From assembly GCA_021735655.1 (NCBI GenBank), contig JAIPGM010000005.1, forward strand, positions 32,001-96,000: a stretch of DNA of 64,000 bases, given 5' to 3'. Within the stretch, counting starts at the first letter, position 1; the number at the start of each line of letters is the position of its first letter. Of this stretch, positions 49,300 through 56,941 are shown in pieces. The notes below the pieces were generated by a model. The model ran no database searches, was not told the DNA's origin, and saw nothing but the letters and a program-made list of their open reading frames with translations. The DNA is from Candidatus Omnitrophota bacterium (GTDB lineage: Bacteria; Omnitrophota; Gorgyraeia; Duberdicusellales; 4484-171). The position numbers were made by a program, and so were the translations under genes.

Positions 49300-49716
49300 C
49301 TAAATATCCTTTAAGTAAGTGCTAATTTCAGTTGTGACATAGTTAAAAAATTTCTTTTTATCTCTTACATATTCCCATATTTTGGTAAGTTTCTTATGCT
49401 TTATTTCTTTGCCATCTTCAATGTATGAAATTACAAGAGTTTTTGTGTAGAGTTGGTATTCATCCACGAAATGCTTATTCTCTTTTTCTTCAATATTCAC
49501 TTCCTTAAAGACCAACAAGCCCTTAACCAGCTCGTCTTTAAAATTTTCTTCAATTGCTTCCTTTGCATACTGCTCCATCTTATAACAAGTCACGCAACGT
49601 GCATTGCCGTGAAAATAATACGCAATTATTTTAGTATCTTCACCAAACGCCATTGTTATATTTATTGATAACAATGCCATTAAAATAATTAGTAGAAAAA
49701 TTTTCTTTATAGCCAT
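49300..49716 (-). CDS. Periplasmic thioredoxin-fold protein with a CxxC motif
   Basis: Signal peptide MAIKKIFLLIILMALLSINITMAFG. CVTC redox motif in a thioredoxin-like beta-alpha context (IIAYYFHGNARCVTCYKMEQYAKEAI). Confidence 0.55.
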   Translation of the reverse strand: MAIKKIFLLIILMALLSINITMAFGEDTKIIAYYFHGNARCVTCYKMEQYAKEAIEENFKDELVKGLLVFKEVNIEEKENKHFVDEYQLYTKTLVISYIEDGKEIKHKKLTKIWEYVRDKKKFFNYVTTEISTYLKDI

Positions 49717-49719
49717 GTC

Positions 49720-50676
49720 TTACATTACCAATTGAAGCATATTGAATAAATATCCTGTAATAATTATCGCCACCGTTGTTATTCCAAAAAAGATTGTTAT
49801 TAACTGCAATTTCATTGCTCTCCTTAAGATTATCGCTTCCGGAAAACTCAAGGCAGCTGTTGCCATCATAAAAGCAAGCGCTGTCCCCAGAGGAACACCT
49901 TTTTTAAATAAAACCACCGCTATCGGCACAATTGCCGCACAACTCCCATACATTGGCACACCTAAAATAGCTGCGATAGGCACTGAAAATAGGCCTGTTT
50001 TACTTATTATTGTATGTATTGTTTCTTGGGGGATATAGTTATGGATAAAAGCACCTATACCTACGCCTAATAATACCCACATCCATAATTTTTTTGTAAT
50101 AGATTTGGCCTCATCTATTCCAAAAGCAAGCCTATCTCTTATCCCTTTGTAATCTACCTCTTTAATCACTTGTTTATCTTCTGAGACTAAGCCTTTAACA
50201 AGATATCTCTCTAAGTTCATCTTCCCCAGAATTACCCCTGAGAAAACACCTATTATAATTCCGCTTAATACATAAAAAAGAGTAATTTTCCATCCGAAAA
50301 AACCAAGCATTACTATTACCAAATACTCATTAATCAAGGGTGAAGTTATCAAAAAAGAAAACGTAGCCCCTAAGGGGATACCGGCTTCTAAAAAACTCAA
50401 AAAAATAGGTATAGATGAACATGAACAAAATGGAGTTATTGAACCAAAAAGCGAAGCAAAAAGATTACCGAGAACTTTCTTCTTACCAATCCAATTCTTA
50501 ATCTTATTCTGAGATATGTAAGTTCTAACAAAACCGATGGCTGCTATCATGAAAAACAACAGTAATAGTATTTTAATAGCGTCATACAAAAAGAAATTAG
50601 TTACTCCTGCCAATCTTGACTCCGGGGCCAAGCCAAAAACAGAATAAACTAACCAATCTATTATCGGCTGCAGCAT
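49720..50676 (-). CDS. DUF318 (PF03773) permease with TPFCSCS motif, ArsP-like
   Basis: 318 aa, 8 TM helices. [11 protein letters not shown] matches the signature of the ArsP/DUF318 permease family. Confidence 0.7.
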   Translation of the reverse strand: MLQPIIDWLVYSVFGLAPESRLAGVTNFFLYDAIKILLLLFFMIAAIGFVRTYISQNKIKNWIGKKKVLGNLFASLFGSITPFCSCSSIPIFLSFLEAGIPLGATFSFLITSPLINEYLVIVMLGFFGWKITLFYVLSGIIIGVFSGVILGKMNLERYLVKGLVSEDKQVIKEVDYKGIRDRLAFGIDEAKSITKKLWMWVLLGVGIGAFIHNYIPQETIHTIISKTGLFSVPIAAILGVPMYGSCAAIVPIAVVLFKKGVPLGTALAFMMATAALSFPEAIILRRAMKLQLITIFFGITTVAIIITGYLFNMLQLVM

Positions 50677-50801
50677 GATTTGCCCTTATCTTTATCCTTA
50701 CTCTCACAACAAGATTTTGTTTTTGCCTTTTTTTCCATCTTTTTATCTAACTTTTCCACTAACTTACAAAAAAAACCTTTCTTCTTTTTTGAATCACTCA
50801 T
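50661..50801 (-). CDS. Unannotated 46-aa Lys- and Cys-rich small protein ([46 protein letters not shown])
   Basis: Own translation; absent from the ORF track because it is shorter than 60 aa. The ATG overlaps the TGA of the DUF134 gene (ATGA). RBS AAGGAGG lies 5 nt upstream. The TAA stop overlaps the permease ATG region (ATGCTGCAGCCGATAA). It carries a C-x18-CC-x10-CC pattern. Confidence 0.45.
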   Translation of the reverse strand: MSDSKKKKGFFCKLVEKLDKKMEKKAKTKSCCESKDKDKGKSCCSR

Positions 50802-51100
50802 TTCTTCCTCCTTGTAATTTTGCAACATCCACCCTCAATCTTTATTGCTTTTATATTTACCAATGCATCACCTATTTTACTATAGGCAGAAGCAATTATT
50901 CTTGAAAAGGTAGGCCGAGATATTTTTAGTTTCTTTGCTGCTGCTTCTTGCGTCAATCCTTCATAATCAGCCAATCTTACTGCCTCAAACTCATCTAAAG
51001 TCATGTGTACCCCGTCTAATTGATTAGATGACTTACACTGTGGCCTGAAACATCTTTCTCCTGGCTCACATTTAACCCATCTGGTCTTTTTCGGTCTCAT
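50798..51100 (-). CDS. DUF134 (UPF0251) family putative DNA-binding protein with sigma-70 region-4-like HTH
   Basis: MRPKKTRWVKCEPGERCFRPQC...LTLDEFEAVRLADYEGLTQEAAAKKLKISRPTFSRII matches the conserved DUF134 core. AGAGGT RBS. Preceded by a 30-bp perfect palindrome. Confidence 0.7.
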   Translation of the reverse strand: MRPKKTRWVKCEPGERCFRPQCKSSNQLDGVHMTLDEFEAVRLADYEGLTQEAAAKKLKISRPTFSRIIASAYSKIGDALVNIKAIKIEGGCCKITRRKK

Positions 51101-51110
51101 AGCTACCTCT

Positions 51111-51140
51111 TTATGTTATGAACATATGTTCATAACATAA
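51111..51140. promoter_or_regulatory. Perfect 30-bp palindrome TTATGTTATGAACAT|ATGTTCATAACATAA immediately upstream of the RBS of the DUF134 operon
   Basis: Verified as its own reverse complement. It ends 11 nt before the DUF134 ATG, adjacent to the AGAGGT RBS. Confidence 0.6.
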
Positions 51141-51161
51141 TATCAGCCAAAACCGCTCATG

Positions 51162-51199
51162 TCAAAAAAAATATCCCGAAGGAAAAATCTTCGGGATAT
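51162..51199 (-). terminator. Hairpin ATATCCCGAAG-gaaaaat-CTTCGGGATAT with T-tract (minus strand) after the MBL-rhodanese gene
   Basis: 11-bp perfect stem. On the minus strand it is followed by TTTTTTTT. Confidence 0.55.
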
Positions 51200-51309
51200 T
51201 AAAAAATAAATATAAGCTCTAATCCAAAACTATTAAAATTATTTACCGATTATTACCTCCCACAACCTGTAACCATGTTAGCTTAATTCTTCTAAATCTT
51301 TCACCTGAA

Positions 51310-52551
51310 TCATTGACTGATTGAACAAGTTCCACCGCCGATTTTCGACTTGTATATCTTTTTGTTATAAGGAAGCTTCATCAGCAACATTCCCATAAGG
51401 CAACTATTAGTTACCCCGGCAAAAATTAAAGCACAAGCAACCCATATTGAAATCCAAATAAAACCACTATGTAAAAAGTAAGCTAAAACTATCCCTAACA
51501 ACATCAAAATTCCAGCAACAACTCTCACTTGTCGCTCCAAAGACACCGAAGACTCCCCTTTGAGGACCGGAAATTTCTGCTTTTGCCAGGCAATTAAGCC
51601 TCCCTTCATTACTTTAACCGAAACAATGCCAGACTGCAATAACATATCAGCAGCCATCGGAGAACGGTTTCCGGTACGACAAAACACTATATACGATCGA
51701 TCAGTCTGACTTAAATCTTTTATTTTAGAATTCAACATATCTATTGGAATATTGATTGAATCCTTAATATGGGACTCATTAAACTCTAATGCTGAACGCA
51801 CATCTAAAAACTTCAAATTAGAGTCTTTAGAAGCATACTCTTTAGCTTCACCAGCTGAAACCATCTCTAAGGTCGTAGCTTCCCCTTTCTGATTAACCCT
51901 AATGATATTATCAATATTAAATGGTTTAGGAAGCTGCTTTGAACGAGCGTCGCTGACAAACTTATCTTTACTGATTTGGCGCATAAAAGGATTATTATTT
52001 TTTTCCTTGGCAATAGTAGATGAAACCTTCCCGTTGTAGTCGTGCGAAGGAAAAATAATAGTGTCTCCCGGAAAATTCTTAAACCTCTGTAAAGTTTCAA
52101 ACATTGCTTCCGGAGACCCATTTTGAAAATCGGTTCTCCCGACACTTCCGATCAGAAGAACGTCACCGGTAAATAATCGACCCTCTCCGTAAATAGCTAT
52201 GGTATCATCGGTGTGACCAGGAGCATATACAACCTTAAACTGCTTTGTTGCTAAAGCTATAGTATCCCCATCTTTAAGCTTTTGATCAACTACTTCGGAA
52301 ATTACTTTTTCGTGCATCAAAACAGGTACTTTAAGCAATTTCTTCAAATTTGCCGCTAAAGAAAAATGATCAGCATGAGTATGGGTATCGATTATATACT
52401 TTAAGTTTAGTTTCTTTTTTTTAAGATAATTGAGATAGTCTTCCTGAAGGCTTATATGTGGATCGATAACTAAGGCTTGATTTTGCGAGCCTAAAATATA
52501 AGAATAGCAACTTCCAGCAGTAAATTGTTTCATTGAAAAATCTTTATTCAT
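51310..52551 (-). CDS. MBL-fold hydrolase (persulfide-dioxygenase/ETHE1-like) fused to a rhodanese domain and a C-terminal two-TM anchor
   Basis: IIDTHTHADHFS metal-binding motif. Rhodanese active-site loop CRTGNRS. C-terminal hydrophobic YgaP-like segment. The architecture resembles CstB-type fusions. Confidence 0.75.
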   Translation of the reverse strand: MNKDFSMKQFTAGSCYSYILGSQNQALVIDPHISLQEDYLNYLKKKKLNLKYIIDTHTHADHFSLAANLKKLLKVPVLMHEKVISEVVDQKLKDGDTIALATKQFKVVYAPGHTDDTIAIYGEGRLFTGDVLLIGSVGRTDFQNGSPEAMFETLQRFKNFPGDTIIFPSHDYNGKVSSTIAKEKNNNPFMRQISKDKFVSDARSKQLPKPFNIDNIIRVNQKGEATTLEMVSAGEAKEYASKDSNLKFLDVRSALEFNESHIKDSINIPIDMLNSKIKDLSQTDRSYIVFCRTGNRSPMAADMLLQSGIVSVKVMKGGLIAWQKQKFPVLKGESSVSLERQVRVVAGILMLLGIVLAYFLHSGFIWISIWVACALIFAGVTNSCLMGMLLMKLPYNKKIYKSKIGGGTCSISQ

Positions 52552-52610
52552 ACCCCCCCTTTTTTTTACTTAATTTAATGATAAAACTTAGTTTCAAAAT
52601 GTCAAGAAAC

Positions 52611-52680
52611 AAAAAAGCCTGCCAAGAAATGGCAGGCCAAAAAGCAAAACCCCTTGCAGTCTCAATGATTGCAAGGGGTT
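52611..52680 (-). terminator. Two tandem hairpin terminators after the small secreted-peptide gene
   Basis: Hairpin 1 at 52648..52680 (AACCCCTTGCA...TGCAAGGGGTT) is followed on the minus strand by TTGCTTTTT. Hairpin 2 at 52617..52637 is the repeated GCCTGCC...GGCAGGC element followed by TTTTTT. Confidence 0.55.
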
Positions 52681-52704
52681 TAAAATTCAACTCACTAAAG
52701 AGAA

Positions 52705-52854
52705 TTACCAACCAGGTCCATCAGGGATACCATCTCCTGAATTAGGAGCTGGACCAGGCCCATTTCCCTTTTTGCTCTTTTCTTCAGCGAAAGAACTTCC
52801 AACAGTAGCAAGGAATAAGAGTAAGATTAGGATTAAACCAGTAACTTTTTTCAT
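52705..52854 (-). CDS. Unannotated 49-aa secreted Gly/Pro-rich peptide (MKKVTGLILILLLFLATVGSSFAEEKSKKGNGPGPAPNSGDGIPDGPGW)
   Basis: Own translation. RBS AAGGAGGTGA lies 6 nt upstream. It has a classic signal peptide with AXA-like cleavage site SFA/EE. It is followed by two hairpin terminators. Confidence 0.4.
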   Translation of the reverse strand: MKKVTGLILILLLFLATVGSSFAEEKSKKGNGPGPAPNSGDGIPDGPGW

Positions 52855-53132
52855 ACTCACCTCCTTCTAGATTATTAAACTTCTATTTATTTTATCGCAT
52901 GGATTTTTCCTGTCAAATAATTAAAAAGAATGTTAAAGTCAAGCCTTTATATCTTACATTACGGCAACTTTTTAACTACTATGTCAAATGTAAAAGTGCT
53001 GACCCCTTCAGGACGACAGGCAAAAAAATACCCCCCATCAAACAACAGAAAAGCAACAACTACAAGCTCCTTGTCTAAGTCTATACCCATTATTCTTCCT
53101 AAAATACAAATTTATCAATTTATCTATAGATG

Positions 53133-53160
53133 TTGACCAACCCCTCCGCCTTGGTATAAT
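53133..53160 (+). promoter_or_regulatory. Near-consensus sigma-70-type promoter TTGACC-N16-TATAAT ending 8 nt before the crtI-like ATG
   Basis: -35 TTGACC at 53133..53138 and -10 TATAAT at 53155..53160. This implies a leaderless or near-leaderless transcript for the gene starting at 53169. Confidence 0.5.
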
Positions 53161-53168
53161 AATATCGA

Positions 53169-54572
53169 ATGAAAAACAAGATAGCTATTATTGGTGCCGG
53201 GGTTGGCGGCTTAGCTACAGCTGCCCGCTTAAGCTTTAAAGGCCACCCGGTAGAAGTCTATGAAAAACTTACCTGTTGTGGCGGCAGAGCCAATATCATA
53301 GAAGACAAAGGGTTTAAGTTTGATACCGGGCCTTCTTTTGTGATGATGCCTGACTTCTTTAAAGAAGTCTTTGACTACTGCCAAGAAGATATCAAAGCTT
53401 ATCTGGACTTAAAAGTCCTGGATAAAAATTATAAAATATTTTATCCTGACGGCGATTCGCTTACTATCCATAAAGACAATCAAAAAACCGAAGCTGAACT
53501 GGAAAGGATAGAACCGGGAAGCTCTAAAGGCTATAAAAACTTTATTGTTGAAACCGGTAAAATCTATAAAGCCGTAGTTCCTCTGCTCTATCGCTGTTTC
53601 CGGCCCCAGGATGCCTTTAATCCGGCTTACTGGAAACTGATCAACAAACTGCATCTGGGAAAATCTTACTGGCAACTGGCAAAAAAGTTCTTTAAATCCG
53701 ATAAACTCTGCTACGCTTTTACCTTTGAAGCTATGTTTATCGGCGTCTCCCCTTTTAAGACTCCGGCCTTTTACAGTGTGATCGGTTACACTGACCAAGT
53801 CGATAAAATCGCTCACCCCATAGGCGGAATGTACCAAATACCTAAAGCTTTAGAAAAAATGGCTTTGAAATTCGGAACAAAGTTTAACTACCAACGTGAA
53901 ATAACCTCGCTAGAAGAAATCAAGGCTGATAAATTTGTGATCAATGCCGACTATTCTTTTGCTCAAAGTAAACTACTGGGAAAAAAGATCCCTGATTACG
54001 ACTATTCCTGCTCAGTGCTCCTGTTCTACTGGGGAATGAAAAAGAAAATACCCAACCTCGAGCATCACAATCTTTTCTTTGCTCAAGACCTAAGAAATAA
54101 CCTGAAAAATATTTTCCAAAACGGTATTGTGGGCGATGATTTTTCTTTTTATATTCACGTTCCCACAGTCACTGACCCCTCACTGGCCCCTGAAGGAAAG
54201 GATATCCTCTATATTTTAGCTCCGGTGCCGAATCTTAAAACATTTAAAGGGGATTTCAAAATCTACGAAGATAGAATAAGAAAAAAAGTTATTGCTAAAA
54301 TTGAATCACTGTGCGGATTTAAAATTGAAGATTCAATTGAAACCGAACACAAGTTTTACCCCGAAGATTTTATAAAAAAATACAGTATACTCTACGGGGC
54401 TACTTTTGGCCTAGCTCACAGCTTAAAACAAAGTGCTTTTTTCAGACCGCCTAACTACACCTCTAAACAAAAAAACATTTATTTTGTAGGGGCCAGCACC
54501 CAGCCTGGGGGCGGACTACCTCCAGTTATTGCCTCATCACGAATAGTGGCTGATTTGATTACTAAGAGCTAA
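53169..54572 (+). CDS. Phytoene-desaturase-family FAD oxidoreductase (CrtI/CrtD-like)
   Basis: IAIIGAGVGGLATAARL dinucleotide motif. 467 aa with a CrtI-like C-terminal region. Confidence 0.75.
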   Translation: MKNKIAIIGAGVGGLATAARLSFKGHPVEVYEKLTCCGGRANIIEDKGFKFDTGPSFVMMPDFFKEVFDYCQEDIKAYLDLKVLDKNYKIFYPDGDSLTIHKDNQKTEAELERIEPGSSKGYKNFIVETGKIYKAVVPLLYRCFRPQDAFNPAYWKLINKLHLGKSYWQLAKKFFKSDKLCYAFTFEAMFIGVSPFKTPAFYSVIGYTDQVDKIAHPIGGMYQIPKALEKMALKFGTKFNYQREITSLEEIKADKFVINADYSFAQSKLLGKKIPDYDYSCSVLLFYWGMKKKIPNLEHHNLFFAQDLRNNLKNIFQNGIVGDDFSFYIHVPTVTDPSLAPEGKDILYILAPVPNLKTFKGDFKIYEDRIRKKVIAKIESLCGFKIEDSIETEHKFYPEDFIKKYSILYGATFGLAHSLKQSAFFRPPNYTSKQKNIYFVGASTQPGGGLPPVIASSRIVADLITKS

Positions 54573-55413
54573 CCCCGATCAAGGCCCTTATTTTCTCAAT
54601 TATTTTTTTGGTGACTTTATCAGGAGTAGAAGCTCCGGCGGTTATTCCGATTCTTTTAGCACCTTTAAACCATTCTTTTCTTAAGTCATTATCTGACTGA
54701 ACCCAATGGCTTTTCTTATTAACTGACCGTGATATTTCATATAGGCGCCGAGTATTAGCGCTGGTCTTTGAACCGATAATAACAACTACATCATTCTTAA
54801 GCGGCAAAATTCGAATCTCAGCCTGTTTTCTTCGGGTAGGAACACAGATGGTGTTAAAAAATTTTAAATCCTTAATCTGAACCCTTAAACTTTTAACTAT
54901 TTTTTTTACCTTCTCGCTATTTTGAGTTGACTGCACTACCATCCCGGCTTTTTTTATTTTTTTGAGTCGGGCTAAAGATAACTTATTGCTAATAATCAAA
55001 GGTTTACGCTTAAGGTTTCCCACAATGCCTTTAACTTCATGGTGATTCTCATCTCCGATAATAATTACCACTCTGCCTTCTTTTTCCAGGCCTTGAGCTA
55101 TTTTATGGATTTCTTTAACCATCGGACAAGTAGCATCAATCAGCTTATAACCTAAGCCTCTAGCCTGCTTCATGGTCTTGAGGCTGCTCCCGTGAGCCCT
55201 TATTAGCAAAACTTTACCTTTACCATTTTTTAATACTTTTACCTTTTTTATTCCTGAGGCGGCAATATCCCGGCAAACATCTTCGTTGTGAACAATATCA
55301 CCGAGCATCTCTACCAAAGGATAATCTCCGGCAGACTTTAAAGCAATGTCTATTGCTCTTTTTACACCAAAACAAAATCCGGCTGATTTAGCTAGATTGA
55401 TTTTAGGTTTCAT
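54562..55413 (-). CDS. ispH: 4-hydroxy-3-methylbut-2-enyl diphosphate reductase
   Basis: AGFCFGVKRAI N-terminus and conserved Cys ligands (C13, C96-like, C195-like positions). 283 aa. Confidence 0.85.
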   Translation of the reverse strand: MKPKINLAKSAGFCFGVKRAIDIALKSAGDYPLVEMLGDIVHNEDVCRDIAASGIKKVKVLKNGKGKVLLIRAHGSSLKTMKQARGLGYKLIDATCPMVKEIHKIAQGLEKEGRVVIIIGDENHHEVKGIVGNLKRKPLIISNKLSLARLKKIKKAGMVVQSTQNSEKVKKIVKSLRVQIKDLKFFNTICVPTRRKQAEIRILPLKNDVVVIIGSKTSANTRRLYEISRSVNKKSHWVQSDNDLRKEWFKGAKRIGITAGASTPDKVTKKIIEKIRALIGVSS

Positions 55414-56273
55414 CGGTATTTTCCTTCAATAATTACCTTGGCTAAGAGCCCCAATTTACCTAAGCGGCTCACCGAAGCCCGCTGGAAAAACAAATCGTAA
55501 TTATTCTTTTCAATCTGATCAAGGATCGCCCCATATACCTTGCTCATCGCACAAACTACAAATCTGGAGCGCTTATCGGTTATCATCTTAATCCCTTCAT
55601 CAGCCAATTGATAGTAATTTCTGGCCCGCCGAATCTGATATTTAATAAAAGTGATAAACTTATCGCTAATTTTTTCTGAACTCAAATCCTCCTGGCTCAA
55701 GCCAAAACTTTTTAGTTCATCCTGAGGTAGGTATATTCTGCCTAAGCCTAAATCCTCTTTGACATCGCGCAGGATATTGGTAAGCTGCATGGCAATACCC
55801 AGATCAACTGCCGGCTGTTTTGCCTTATTGTCCCGATAACCAAAAACCTCAAGCATGATCAAACCCACCACTCCGGCAACTTTATAGCAATAATCGTATA
55901 GCTGCTTGAAATCAGCATAACTTTTCTTTTCCAAATCTAAATGCATACCTTTTATCAATTGATCAAAATAGTTCTTGGGTATATTATATTTATCTACTGT
56001 CTGCTTAAAAGCTAAAAGCAAAGCTTCCCGGGAGCAATCCAAGCCATACGCAGAATTTATCTTTTCTTCAATCCGGCTTAATTTTTTTAAGCCGCCGTTT
56101 GCGTTATCTACGCTGTCGTCGCTTATCCGACAAATGGCATATATACTGTAAGCGGCACGCCTTTTCTCTAAACCTAGAAATTTCGAGGCAAAATAGAAGG
56201 TTTTGGCGTGTTTTTTAGTCAGCTTTTCAGCCTCTTTAAATCCTTGATCAATGACTTTACCCATTGAAACCAT
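55410..56273 (-). CDS. Phytoene/squalene synthase family (CrtB/HpnD-like)
   Basis: Head-to-head prenyl synthase motifs (YAICRISDDSVD and the second Asp-rich region). 4-nt overlap with ispH. Confidence 0.8.
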   Translation of the reverse strand: MVSMGKVIDQGFKEAEKLTKKHAKTFYFASKFLGLEKRRAAYSIYAICRISDDSVDNANGGLKKLSRIEEKINSAYGLDCSREALLLAFKQTVDKYNIPKNYFDQLIKGMHLDLEKKSYADFKQLYDYCYKVAGVVGLIMLEVFGYRDNKAKQPAVDLGIAMQLTNILRDVKEDLGLGRIYLPQDELKSFGLSQEDLSSEKISDKFITFIKYQIRRARNYYQLADEGIKMITDKRSRFVVCAMSKVYGAILDQIEKNNYDLFFQRASVSRLGKLGLLAKVIIEGKYR

Positions 56274-56348
56274 TTTATATTACCGACCCCAAAAAGCCAA
56301 CAAGAATTTACCTTGCTAAATCCTAGATTGCTAACTAAAATATATCTG

Positions 56349-56657
56349 ATGTCAGATTATTTAAAGGTTTTAATCCTTTCAGTTCTGGTTCCTTTTGCCT
56401 GCAGCTTCTACCGGCCACTGAGGTTTTATGAAAATCTAAAAGCCTTGCTTGTTAGTGTAGGCTTAGTGGTCCTGATTTTTGGAGCCTGGGACATCTTAGC
56501 TACAGCCCGCGGCCACTGGCATTTCAATCCTCAAGGAGTAGGATCGCTAAAAATAATTAACTTACCCCTAGAAGAAGTATTATTCTTTATAGTTATTCCT
56601 TTTTGCTGTATTTTTACCTGGGAAGCAATAAACTATATTAAAAATAAAATCCAATGA
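56349..56657 (+). CDS. Lycopene cyclase domain protein (heterodimeric CrtYc/CrtYe-like subunit)
   Basis: About 100 aa with three TM helices and the PLEE(V/F)LFF motif. Start moved to the first ATG, because the ORF-track start is a TTG. Confidence 0.6.
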   Translation: MSDYLKVLILSVLVPFACSFYRPLRFYENLKALLVSVGLVVLIFGAWDILATARGHWHFNPQGVGSLKIINLPLEEVLFFIVIPFCCIFTWEAINYIKNKIQ

Positions 56658-56941
56658 AAGAATATACTCTCTTAGCTATAAGTTCGGTGGTTTTAACTAT
56701 TATCTGGAATAATTTAAGCGGAGTAAAGCTGTTTAAAAAGAAAATTTTTTATTTATTTCTTTTTATAATCTTTCTGTTTAAACTCCTAGTCAATGGAGCC
56801 CTAACTAAAACTATTGTTTTATATAATCCCGATTTCTTTTTGGGCTTAAGACTGGGCACCATCCCCCTGGAAGACTTTCTTTTTGGCTTTAGCATGGTCA
56901 CTCTCTCTATAATATTCTGGGAACAGTTTAAAAAGCAATGA
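56654..56941 (+). CDS. Lycopene cyclase domain protein (CrtYd/CrtYf-like subunit)
   Basis: 95 aa, TM helices, the PLEDFLFGFSMV motif. 4-nt overlap with the preceding subunit gene. Confidence 0.6.
   Translation: MKEYTLLAISSVVLTIIWNNLSGVKLFKKKIFYLFLFIIFLFKLLVNGALTKTIVLYNPDFFLGLRLGTIPLEDFLFGFSMVTLSIIFWEQFKKQ

Noticed and set aside
53409-53837. 142-aa minus-strand ORF antisense to the crtI-like gene
   Set aside because: The plus-strand frame has the FAD-binding motif and full-length homology features. The antisense ORF has none.
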